Assembly (NCBI GenBank): GCA_903920205.1
Contig: CAIXLI010000110.1
Span: forward strand, 1 to 61,065
Length of the DNA stretch: 61,065 bases
Direction of reading: 5' to 3'
DNA from: an uncultured Pseudomonadota bacterium
GTDB lineage: Bacteria; Pseudomonadota; Alphaproteobacteria; UBA9219
Shown one piece after another: positions 45,357 to 54,364 of the stretch; the first letter of the stretch is position 1; each line of letters opens with the position of its first letter. The position numbers were made by a program, and so were the translations under genes. The notes beneath the pieces are model-generated. The model searched no databases, was not told where the DNA came from, and was given only the letters and a program-made list of their open reading frames with translations.

Positions 45357-48300
45357 ATGAAAAAGAAAAATGCATATAGTGCGGCGATTGTGGTTGCTCT
45401 TGTCGGCCTTTTGCTCGCAGGGGGCCACGTTTTCGCTGGCTCCGATAAAGACATCGCGCCACGCGGGTCGAGCTCTTTTTCCTATACGCCCAAAGGTTCT
45501 GAAGGCACTGGCATTGCGACGTCTGACCCTCTTTCCGCCTCCTATGATGCGACGACTGCCGACGAAGCCCCATCGCAAGATGAGCACAAGTCGGTAAGAG
45601 AAACGGCGGCTAAGATCCTTTACGCGATTTCAAAGCATCCGGTCGAACGCGGCGCTAAACCTGCCGAGTGGAAGATTCAACAGAACAAAGCGGCTGAAGC
45701 CGCACGCGCCGGTCACTATGGCGAAGCGTTGCCCGTTCTCCAACGTTTGCGCGCCGAGCATCCCGAAGATATCAGTGTCGCCAGCGACTATGCCGCCATT
45801 TTGGGTTGGGCAGGGCACGATGCCGATGCCGTTGCCGCCTACAAAACGTTGCCCACGGGCGTACGTCCCGATTATTTGGTCGACTCCATTGGTCACGCCT
45901 ACCGCAATTTGCATCAACCGGAGGAATCCTTGGCGATCTATCGCCTTGGTCTGCAGACCTATCCGATGAACCAAAATTTCGTGGCAGGCGAGATTCTCAG
46001 TTTGCTCGAAGCTGGTCACGGCAAGGAAGCCAAGGAACGCGCGCAAGCTGCCACCGATGCCTACGCGACGCCTTCGGATTCTTTGTCCTTGGCGATCAAA
46101 CTAGCTTTCCGTGCGGACGCCGTCTCTTTGGCGCGCGCTGGTCATTATAAGGAAGCCTTGGCTGAATTTGCCGTGCTTCACAAAAAATATCCTACCGATG
46201 ACGGTGTTTCCGGCGATTATGTCGCGGTCCTCAGCTGGGCGGGTCGGCACGCGGATGCGACGGCGCTTTACCGCACCTTGTCCGCAGGCGATCAGCCCGA
46301 TTACGTTTTAGATGCCGCCGCGCATTCCTATCGCGCTCTGCACCAGCCCAAACAGGCTTTGGATTTGTATCAGGCCGCTCTGAACAAGGCCCCCGATAAT
46401 GTCGCCTATGCCGTGGGGGTGATTTACAGCCTGTCCGATCTAGGACGCGGCAAAGAGGCGATGGCCTTCGCCGAAGCGCAGCTCGCCAAGCATCCCGAAA
46501 GACCGGCGGCCTTGGTCAAGGCCTATGTGTCGGTCAAACATCGCTATGCCATCGACCTCGCGCGCGCTGGTCATTTCGATCAGGCCTTGAGCATCTTACG
46601 TGCCATGCGCGCGCAGGATCCTTCCGACATAACCCTGCGCATGGACATCATCGCGGTGTTAAGCTGGGCGGGGCGTCACGAGGAAGCCATCAAGGAATAC
46701 CAGAAAATCGAGGGACGGAAGTTCCCCGATTATGTTTTGGAAGCAGTCGGCGGCTCCTACCGCGCCTTGCATCAGTCCGGAAAGGCTTTGGTAGTCTATC
46801 GTCACGGATTGAGCCAATCTCCAGGCAATGCGATTTTTGCGGCGGGAGATGTCCGCTGTCTCGATGATTTGGGGCGCTACGCCGAAGGACAATCTCGTGC
46901 CGAGGCTTTCACGCGCCGCTACGGCGATCATCTTGACGTTCTGTTGGCGGGTGGCGAAGCGTCGAATTTCAACGACCAATCGATAGTCGCGCTTAATTTC
47001 TATCAACATGCGCAGGCGCTCTCGTCGGAAAACAAAGAAGCTATGCGCGGCGCGATCCATGCCGAAGCCAGCTTGGGCGCGGCTCAGGTGGCGTTGACGC
47101 ATGCCGACAGACACCCTGGGTTGATGAACGGGGAAGAATACCGTGCTCTTGTTGGCGAAGCGGATCAGGCTTTGGTGCGTTGGGGACCGTTGGAGCCCGT
47201 CAGCGAAGCGACACGCTTTGCCGCGACGGATCGTGCTCTCGCCTCGCTCAATACTCATATCGGCGCATGGACGGCGTTGCAAGACCCCGCAGTCTATCCG
47301 AATATTCAACGCGCACGCTTCGACCGCTTGGTCGCCTTGCGCGACCGTCAACGCATGCAAGACGTCGTGGACGATTACAACGCGCTGGCACGAGAAGGCA
47401 TCGAAGTGCCTAACTATGCGCTGGAGCCTGTCGGCGAGGCCTATTTGTATTTGCGCCAGCCGGAGATCGCCCGCGATATTTTCTTGAAGGCCTTGCAGAC
47501 AGACCCCGACGACTTTGAAACGCGGCGTCTGCTGGCCTATGCTTATCTTGAGGCCGATCAATATGACGAGGCCTTTGCGACGATCGACAAGGTGCGCGAA
47601 GATGAACCTGTCTGGGTTTATCTGAAAGGCGAACCGGAACGGCTTCCCAACACTGGCCATGTGGTTGCCGACCATTCGGTGACTGAACTTGATGCCGGAG
47701 AGCTGCGCCTTTACAGCGACCTTTTGGAAGATGCAGACAAGCGTTTGACGCCCATCGTCCAAGCAGGGCCTTTCGATGCGCGGAACCGCGCCGCCGCAGG
47801 CAATATTTACTTTGCGCGTGGCTGGCCCCGCAAGGCGATGGAGCACTATGATATCGGCCTCGCCATTCAGGACGGTCACGATGTGGGGAACGAAACAGGC
47901 ATGGTTTTTGCCAACCTCGCGTTACAGAATTTCCAAAAAGCCGAAGAACAGGCACGGGATTTGCGCGTGAGGTTCCCCGAAAATCTCGGCGTTCAACGCG
48001 CCAACCGCGCATGGGACGTTCACGCGATGGCGGAATTGGACGTTCATGCGGGCTATAGTTTTGCGCCGTCCGGTGGTGCTTCGGCGGGCGATGTGCCGCA
48101 CGGGCAGGGGTTCAATGTCGGGGCTACGCTCTACTCCGCGCCGTTGGCCCATAACTGGCGTTTGTTCGCGGGCGAGGATTTCGCGCATGAACACCAGCCT
48201 AATGCCGAGGGTGTAATCGACACGACTCGTTCCACGGCAGGCGTTGAGTACCGTAAAGGCGACGTGACGGCTACCGTCGCGCCGACCTTCAATACCTACG

Positions 48301-48926
48301 ACAGCCGCGAACGCGTTGGCGCTAACGGCACGGTGAAATATACCTTTAATGATATCTGGAGCGCGGGGATCGCGGCGGAACTGTTTTCTGCGACGACGCC
48401 GCTGCGCGCGCTTAACGCCGGAGTGACGGCTAATCGGTATGACGTCAACGCCCAGTGGCGGCAGAGCGAGTCGCGTCAGGTTTCGGTGGACGCCTATGTC
48501 ATGCCGTTCTCCGACGGAAACTTCCGCACCGTTGAAGAGGCTGAATATCTCGAACGCCTTTACACCCATCCCAAGTTCAAGGTGGAAGCCGAAGTCAATC
48601 TGGCCTCCACGCAGAACAACAAGGATGAAAACCGTTTGTACTACAATCCCTCGTTGGATCTGACGGCTTTGGCGGGATTGCGGGCGACGCATACGCTGTA
48701 TCATCGTTACGAGACATTGTACGAGCACAGCCTGTTGGCGATGCCCGGGTTCTACGCGCAACAGCACTATGGAACATCGCCCGCATGGGTCGTGCGCTAT
48801 GAACAGCGCGTGCATTACAACGATACGCTGGATGCGGGCGCAGGCGTGAATTACGCGCATCAGAATTATAATGGGTCGGCGGAAGACGCCGTGAGTTTGA
48901 CAGTCGATGTTGTGGAGCGTTTCTGA
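45357..48926 (+). CDS. pgaA: PNAG export porin/TPR protein with triplicated N-terminal module
   Basis: Signal peptide, TPR-like helices, 'RARFDRLVALRDR', 'RGWPRKA', 'TPLRAL', 'YYNP', C-terminal Phe; first gene of pgaABCD; start could be 45345. Confidence 0.9.
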   Translation: MKKKNAYSAAIVVALVGLLLAGGHVFAGSDKDIAPRGSSSFSYTPKGSEGTGIATSDPLSASYDATTADEAPSQDEHKSVRETAAKILYAISKHPVERGAKPAEWKIQQNKAAEAARAGHYGEALPVLQRLRAEHPEDISVASDYAAILGWAGHDADAVAAYKTLPTGVRPDYLVDSIGHAYRNLHQPEESLAIYRLGLQTYPMNQNFVAGEILSLLEAGHGKEAKERAQAATDAYATPSDSLSLAIKLAFRADAVSLARAGHYKEALAEFAVLHKKYPTDDGVSGDYVAVLSWAGRHADATALYRTLSAGDQPDYVLDAAAHSYRALHQPKQALDLYQAALNKAPDNVAYAVGVIYSLSDLGRGKEAMAFAEAQLAKHPERPAALVKAYVSVKHRYAIDLARAGHFDQALSILRAMRAQDPSDITLRMDIIAVLSWAGRHEEAIKEYQKIEGRKFPDYVLEAVGGSYRALHQSGKALVVYRHGLSQSPGNAIFAAGDVRCLDDLGRYAEGQSRAEAFTRRYGDHLDVLLAGGEASNFNDQSIVALNFYQHAQALSSENKEAMRGAIHAEASLGAAQVALTHADRHPGLMNGEEYRALVGEADQALVRWGPLEPVSEATRFAATDRALASLNTHIGAWTALQDPAVYPNIQRARFDRLVALRDRQRMQDVVDDYNALAREGIEVPNYALEPVGEAYLYLRQPEIARDIFLKALQTDPDDFETRRLLAYAYLEADQYDEAFATIDKVREDEPVWVYLKGEPERLPNTGHVVADHSVTELDAGELRLYSDLLEDADKRLTPIVQAGPFDARNRAAAGNIYFARGWPRKAMEHYDIGLAIQDGHDVGNETGMVFANLALQNFQKAEEQARDLRVRFPENLGVQRANRAWDVHAMAELDVHAGYSFAPSGGASAGDVPHGQGFNVGATLYSAPLAHNWRLFAGEDFAHEHQPNAEGVIDTTRSTAGVEYRKGDVTATVAPTFNTYDSRERVGANGTVKYTFNDIWSAGIAAELFSATTPLRALNAGVTANRYDVNAQWRQSESRQVSVDAYVMPFSDGNFRTVEEAEYLERLYTHPKFKVEAEVNLASTQNNKDENRLYYNPSLDLTALAGLRATHTLYHRYETLYEHSLLAMPGFYAQQHYGTSPAWVVRYEQRVHYNDTLDAGAGVNYAHQNYNGSAEDAVSLTVDVVERF

Positions 48927-50908
48927 TGATACGTCTTTTCGCTCGTTTGGTTCTTGTGTCGCTGTTCCTAGCAGGGGCGGGCGCTTCCTCTATGGCTGCG
49001 CCGCCTCCCCCGGGGGCGTTCCTCGCGCTGTGTTATCACAACGTCGAAGACGCCGATCCCGATCAGAATTACGACGGCGTAACGACGGCTAAACTTGTCG
49101 AACAACTCGCCTGGCTTCAGGACCAAGGCTATAAGGCGGTCTCCATTGACGATCTGTTGGCGGCGCGCGCGGGCAAAAAAACCTTGCCGGAAAAAGCCAT
49201 GTTACTGTCGTTCGACGACGGTTATGAAAGCTTCTATACCCGCGTTTACCCGATTTTGAAGGCGTTCCACTTTCCTGCCATCGTCGGCTTGGTCGATGAA
49301 TGGATGAAGGGGCAGGGCGGCGACGACGCGCATTCGGGGGATACCGTTCGCTATGGTAACACGACCTTGCCGCGCAGCGCCTTTTTGACATGGGCGCAGG
49401 TGCGCGAGATGCAAAAATCCGGCTTGGTCGAAGTGGCCTCGCATTCACACGCGCTTCATAAAGGCATCCTCGGCAATCCGCAGGGCAATCAAGAACCTGA
49501 CGCCGTGACGGCAGCCTATGACCCGAAAACCGGCACCTACGAACTTGCCGAACATTACGCGCGTCGTTTGCAAGACGATGCCGCCGCTTCACTGAAGACG
49601 ATCAAAAAAGAAACCGGCAAAGCGCCCCGCGTGATGGTCTGGCCCTATGGCGCCTATAACGAACTCGGTATGATGATTGAGGGCGCGCAAGGCCTGCCGA
49701 CGATGCTGTCGCTGGAAGACGGCTACGCCACGGTCCGCGATCTAAGAAGCGTGCCGCGCATGCTGGTGAAGGACGATCCGAACATGATCAAATTTGCCGT
49801 TCATGTTCGTCAGACCGACAAAGTCACGCCGATCCGCGTGGTTCAGGTCGATCTGGATTACGTCTATGATCCCGATCCCGCGCAGGAAGAGCGTAATCTC
49901 GACGCGCTTGTTTCGCGCATCTTCAAATTAAAGATCAATACGGTTTTCTTACAGGCCTTCTCCGATCCCACCGCTTCGGGCATGGCGTCGTCGGTGTACT
50001 TCCCCAATCGTTTCCTGCCGGTGCGCGAGGATTTGTTCAACCGCGTCGCGTGGCAGCTTGCCACGCGTGCGCAAGTCAAAGTCTATGGCTGGCTGCCTGT
50101 GCTATCCTTCGATTTCGGCGACGGCGTCGCCAAGGTTCAGGCGTGGAGCGAGGCCTCCCATACGGCGTCGTCCGACCCCAAAGCCTATCACCGCGTCTCG
50201 CCGTTTGATCCCGAAGGACGCCGCCGCATTATCGGCCTTTACGAGGATCTAGGCCGCCATGGCCCTATCGACGGGTTGCTGTTCCACGACGACGCGATGC
50301 TGTCGGATTTTGAGGATGCAAGTCCTTTGGCGCTGGAAGCCTATAAAGCGGCTGGTTTCCCCGCGTCGATCTCGGACATTCGCGCCAATCCCGATACGCT
50401 GGCGCGGTGGACTTCGTTCAAGACCGATATGCTGATCCAGTTCACGCAAGAGCTGACCTCCCATGTGGCGGCCTATCGCGCGCCGCTCAAGACCGTGCGC
50501 AATATCTATGCGCCGCTGCTTTTGAATCCCGGCAGCGAGGAATGGTTCGCGCAAAGCTATGATCGCTTCTTGCAGTCTTACGACTATGTCGCGGTCGAAG
50601 CGATGCCGGATATGGAAAATGTCCCCTCGGGCGATCAAGATGCATGGCTTGAGAAGCTCGTCTCGGTCGTCGCGCAAAAACCCGAAGGTTTGAAGCACAC
50701 CGTGTTTGAGCTTCAATCCGTCGATTGGCGCATTAAGGACAGCGGACGCGCCATTCCGACAGAAAAACTTGGGGGGCAGATGAATTTGCTCGCACGGCGC
50801 AGGGCGTTGAATTTCGGCTATTATCCCGACGACTTCATCGCTAATGTGCCGGACGCCGAAGCGCTTCATAAAGATTTCTCACTGCAAACTTATCCGTACA
50901 CGCCATGA
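48926..50908 (+). CDS. pgaB: PNAG N-deacetylase/glycoside hydrolase
   Basis: CE4 'LSFDDGY', 'SHSHALH', 'WPYGAY'; C-domain 'VDLDYVYD', 'FHDDA', 'FELQ', 'YYPDDF'. Confidence 0.95.
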   Translation: MIRLFARLVLVSLFLAGAGASSMAAPPPPGAFLALCYHNVEDADPDQNYDGVTTAKLVEQLAWLQDQGYKAVSIDDLLAARAGKKTLPEKAMLLSFDDGYESFYTRVYPILKAFHFPAIVGLVDEWMKGQGGDDAHSGDTVRYGNTTLPRSAFLTWAQVREMQKSGLVEVASHSHALHKGILGNPQGNQEPDAVTAAYDPKTGTYELAEHYARRLQDDAAASLKTIKKETGKAPRVMVWPYGAYNELGMMIEGAQGLPTMLSLEDGYATVRDLRSVPRMLVKDDPNMIKFAVHVRQTDKVTPIRVVQVDLDYVYDPDPAQEERNLDALVSRIFKLKINTVFLQAFSDPTASGMASSVYFPNRFLPVREDLFNRVAWQLATRAQVKVYGWLPVLSFDFGDGVAKVQAWSEASHTASSDPKAYHRVSPFDPEGRRRIIGLYEDLGRHGPIDGLLFHDDAMLSDFEDASPLALEAYKAAGFPASISDIRANPDTLARWTSFKTDMLIQFTQELTSHVAAYRAPLKTVRNIYAPLLLNPGSEEWFAQSYDRFLQSYDYVAVEAMPDMENVPSGDQDAWLEKLVSVVAQKPEGLKHTVFELQSVDWRIKDSGRAIPTEKLGGQMNLLARRRALNFGYYPDDFIANVPDAEALHKDFSLQTYPYTP

Positions 50909-52203
50909 CCAGAAAAATCTTCGGCCTCTCAATCATCCTGTTCCTTGTCCTTTACGGACTTGTGACCGGCTATATGCTCGACTTCATTTTCCTGTATCCG
51001 CTGTTCATGTCGGTGATGTGGATTTTGGGCGGCGTGTACTTCTATTTCCACTGGGAACGCGGCACACCAAGCCCGGAAACAGCGCCGACTGTTTCTGAAT
51101 ATCCTTTCGTGTCGATTTTGGTGCCTTGCTATAACGAAAGCGCCAATGTTGAGGAGACGATCGAAGTCGCCAATGCGCAAAATTGGCCCGATTTCGAAAT
51201 CATCGCCATCAATGACGGCTCCAGCGACGATACCGGCGAAAGATTGGAACGTCTGGCGCAGGAATATCCCCGCCTGCGCGTGATCCAATTTGCCGCCAAT
51301 CAGGGCAAAGCGATGGCGCTGCGTATGGGCGCTTTGGCGGCCCGCGGCGAGTACATCGTTTGCATCGACGGCGACGCGCTTATGCATGTCAACGCCACGG
51401 CGTATCTTGTGCGTCCGATGGTCGAAAATCCCCGCGTTGGCGCCGTTACCGGCAATCCCCGTGTTCGCACACGCTCAACCCTTGTCGGCAAGGTCCAGGT
51501 CGGCGAGTTTTCCTCGATTATCGGCCTTATCAAACGCGCCCAGCGTATTTACGGGCATTTGTTTACGATATCGGGCGTCATCTGCTCGTTCCGCCGCCGC
51601 GCTTTGCATGATTGCGGCTATTGGGACATCAACATGATTACCGAGGACATCGATATCAGCTGGTCGCTGCAACTGCGGCATTGGGCCATTCAGTATGAAC
51701 CGAACGCCTTGTGCTGGATATTGATGCCCGAAACGCTGCGCGGCTTGTGGACTCAGCGCGTGCGATGGGCGCAGGGCGGCGCGGAGGTGTTCTTCAAGAA
51801 CATCGTGCGCATCTGGAAATGGATGGACCACCGCATGTGGATCCTGATCGTCGATTTCGTCCTCAGCACCGTGTGGGCCTATTCCTACCTTCTGTCGCTG
51901 ATCTTGTGGTCTCTGGGTAAGTTCTTTGTCATGCCTGCGGCTTTGAACGTGCCGACCATTTTCCCGCCCGCTTTCTGGGGGTTGATCTTGGCCTTCGTCA
52001 ACTTGCTGCAATTCGTGACGGCGATGACGATTGAAACGCGTTACGAAAATAAATTGTTGCGCCTTTTGGGCTGGACCATCTGGTATCCTCTCGTGTTCTG
52101 GATCATTTCCATGTTCACGATGCTGGTGGCTGTTCCCAAAGCCTTCTTTAAATCCCGCACCAAACGCGCCGCGTGGGGATCGTCAGACAGAGGTTTCAGA
52201 TGA
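50905..52203 (+). CDS. pgaC: PNAG synthase (GT2)
   Basis: 'PCYNE', 'NDGS', 'DGD', 'TGNPR', 'TEDID', QRVRW (QxxRW). Confidence 0.96.
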   Translation: MTRKIFGLSIILFLVLYGLVTGYMLDFIFLYPLFMSVMWILGGVYFYFHWERGTPSPETAPTVSEYPFVSILVPCYNESANVEETIEVANAQNWPDFEIIAINDGSSDDTGERLERLAQEYPRLRVIQFAANQGKAMALRMGALAARGEYIVCIDGDALMHVNATAYLVRPMVENPRVGAVTGNPRVRTRSTLVGKVQVGEFSSIIGLIKRAQRIYGHLFTISGVICSFRRRALHDCGYWDINMITEDIDISWSLQLRHWAIQYEPNALCWILMPETLRGLWTQRVRWAQGGAEVFFKNIVRIWKWMDHRMWILIVDFVLSTVWAYSYLLSLILWSLGKFFVMPAALNVPTIFPPAFWGLILAFVNLLQFVTAMTIETRYENKLLRLLGWTIWYPLVFWIISMFTMLVAVPKAFFKSRTKRAAWGSSDRGFR

Positions 52204-52667
52204 CCGACCAGCATCCGTCCTACGACCATTACATCATCACCGAATCCGAGGACGTCTCGTCGCTGGCAAAGCTGCGCGACATCATCCTGACGATTTTCCT
52301 GTGGATCATCTACATCTACTTCATCCGCGAAGCGTGGCCTTTTGTCGCCGATTTGGCGCATTGGGCGTTCAACGGGTTCGATGACTACAGCAAGTACCCC
52401 GCGCTGGCGATCGTTCCGATGATCCAATCCTATGGGCAAGTCGCGGGCGTCATGACCGTGCTTTACCTCGGTTGGGCGCTTTACAACATGCTGCGTTTCC
52501 GTGGACGCCAACGCCGCAAACCCCGCGCTATTGTGGCCCCCGAAGATCTGGCGACAATGTACGGCTTCTCGCCCGAAACAGTCGTCGAATGGCAAGAAGC
52601 GCCTTTGATGACCATGACCCACGACGAAGACGGGCATCTGACGGATGTTAAGGTCGGCAAAGTCTAG
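52200..52667 (+). CDS. pgaD: PNAG synthase accessory subunit
   Basis: Two TM segments, 'WALYNMLRFRG..RR', 'HDEDG'; ATGA overlap with pgaC. Confidence 0.88.
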   Translation: MTDQHPSYDHYIITESEDVSSLAKLRDIILTIFLWIIYIYFIREAWPFVADLAHWAFNGFDDYSKYPALAIVPMIQSYGQVAGVMTVLYLGWALYNMLRFRGRQRRKPRAIVAPEDLATMYGFSPETVVEWQEAPLMTMTHDEDGHLTDVKVGKV

Positions 52668-53428
52668 AGCATAAACTGTTCGCGGATGATGCGTTCGCCT
52701 AAGTGCTGGTCGGGGTCGAACAGCAAGGTGATGCTTTGGGCGCGGTCTTGCCAAATCTTTGCTTTGACGGCGTTGTGGAGGACGGCATTGCCCGCCTCGA
52801 TCCTTGCCGGACGTTTGTTGGTTTCCAGAATGTCGATCTCAATGGCGGCGTCTTGCGGCAGAACCGCATAAGACCAATTGCGCGGGCGGAAACCGCAGAT
52901 CGCCGTCATAATCAGCGTATTGGCGTTCAGCGGCATAATCGGCCCGCCGCAGGAATGGTTGTAGGCGGTGCTGCCCGCAGGCGTGGCGACCAAGATGCCA
53001 TCGCCGCTGAATTTTGCGATGCGTTCGATGCCGTCGATCAGGATGCGCAGGCGGACGGCCTGCGGCGTTTCGCGGAGAATGGAAACCTCGTTGATCGCCA
53101 GAGCGGAGAAGCTTGTTCCTTCCGTCGTCTCCGCTTCGATGCGCAAGGGGTGGAGCGTGACGCTTTGGGCCCGCACCAGTCTTTGTTCCAGGTCGTCCTT
53201 ATTGTTGAATTTATTACACAGAAATCCGACCGATTCGGTTCTGCGAATCGCAAAAACGGGTTTCCCTGTCTCCATCGATTCGTAAAGCGTGTTCAAAACC
53301 TGCCCATCGCCCCCCAGCACGACAAAGTAATCGGCATCGCGCGGATCGGACTGACCATAACGCTTTGTCATCTCGACAAAAGCCTTCTGGGCGAGGAGGG
53401 AGTGGCTGGCACTAAAGAATATTTTCAT
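52664..53428 (-). CDS. nadK: NAD kinase
   Basis: GGDG, 'INEV', 'GDG', 'ATPAGSTAYN'. Confidence 0.92.
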   Translation of the reverse strand: MKIFFSASHSLLAQKAFVEMTKRYGQSDPRDADYFVVLGGDGQVLNTLYESMETGKPVFAIRRTESVGFLCNKFNNKDDLEQRLVRAQSVTLHPLRIEAETTEGTSFSALAINEVSILRETPQAVRLRILIDGIERIAKFSGDGILVATPAGSTAYNHSCGGPIMPLNANTLIMTAICGFRPRNWSYAVLPQDAAIEIDILETNKRPARIEAGNAVLHNAVKAKIWQDRAQSITLLFDPDQHLGERIIREQFML

Positions 53429-53523
53429 GGCCTAGGCTGAAGTTAGGGTTACGGGGGCAACATCTTGTACTCAAGGGAAAATCGAGGTTTTCCTTCAAAT
53501 ATGCTGAATGTCGAACCCTGATA

Positions 53524-53539
53524 TTAAGCGTCTCTTAAC
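53524..53539 (+). promoter_or_regulatory. CtrA box upstream of the chpT-che operon
   Basis: TTAA-GCGTCTC-TTAAC, full consensus, immediately followed by a GANTC site (GACTC 53540-53544). Confidence 0.75.
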
Positions 53540-53606
53540 GACTCATAAGTAATTGTAGGCTGCTTGTCTAAGTTATTCAAATCCCCCGTAAATAGGCGGC
53601 GTAGTT

Positions 53607-54287
53607 ATGCAACTCGATATGCGCGTGATGGAACTTCTGGCGTCGAAGCTGTGCCACGATCTGGTCAGCCCCGTAAGCGCTATTAACAACGGGGTCGAAC
53701 TGATCGAGGAAATCGGCGGCTCCGTTGTTGCCGAAGCGATGAAGTTGATCGGGGACAGCGGTGCTACCGCCGCCCGCCGTTTGCGGCTATACCGCATGGC
53801 CTATGGGCGCGCGGGAAGCGAAAGTACGCTGGGCGTCAGGGATGTGCGTCAGGTCGCCGAACAATATCTGACAGGAACCAAGGTATCGCTGACATGGCCC
53901 GACAATGTACCCGCCGTCGATGTGGCCGAGAGGCGCGGTTTTTTGAAAACCGTTCTTAATCTTATCGTTCTTGCTGAAGAATCCCTCGCCTATGGCGGAG
54001 CCATTACGTTGAGCGACATTAAAGGGGCAGGGGGCGGCTGTCGGTTCGAGATCGTCGGGCGCAACGCTTCCTTAAATCTCAATATTCAAGAAGCGTTGGA
54101 AGGCACGCTGCCGATAGAAGAATTATCTCCGCGAAGCATACAGGCGTATCTTACCGGAAGGTTTGCGGCGCATTTTGGTTTTGGATTGGCTCACGATCAT
54201 TCTGTGCCTGATCGGCTTGAGCTTTCGCTTGCCTCGTCTGTCGCACAATCCGAGTCTGAACCTTCTTTGTGCGCAATCGGTTCTTAG
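53607..54287 (+). CDS. chpT: Histidine phosphotransferase ChpT
   Basis: 'LLASKLCHDLVSPVSAINNGVEL', 'RLYRMAYG', 'PRSIQAY'. Confidence 0.9.
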   Translation: MQLDMRVMELLASKLCHDLVSPVSAINNGVELIEEIGGSVVAEAMKLIGDSGATAARRLRLYRMAYGRAGSESTLGVRDVRQVAEQYLTGTKVSLTWPDNVPAVDVAERRGFLKTVLNLIVLAEESLAYGGAITLSDIKGAGGGCRFEIVGRNASLNLNIQEALEGTLPIEELSPRSIQAYLTGRFAAHFGFGLAHDHSVPDRLELSLASSVAQSESEPSLCAIGS

Positions 54288-54364
54288 AATTTTGTGCGCG
54301 GAGTGATATACGTTGATTCCCTCCTGCGTTCTGTGACGCGAACTCTATCTTAGAGGAAATAACT

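Noticed and set aside
46659-48860. 406-aa and 312-aa minus-strand ORFs
   Set aside because: Antisense shadows of pgaA
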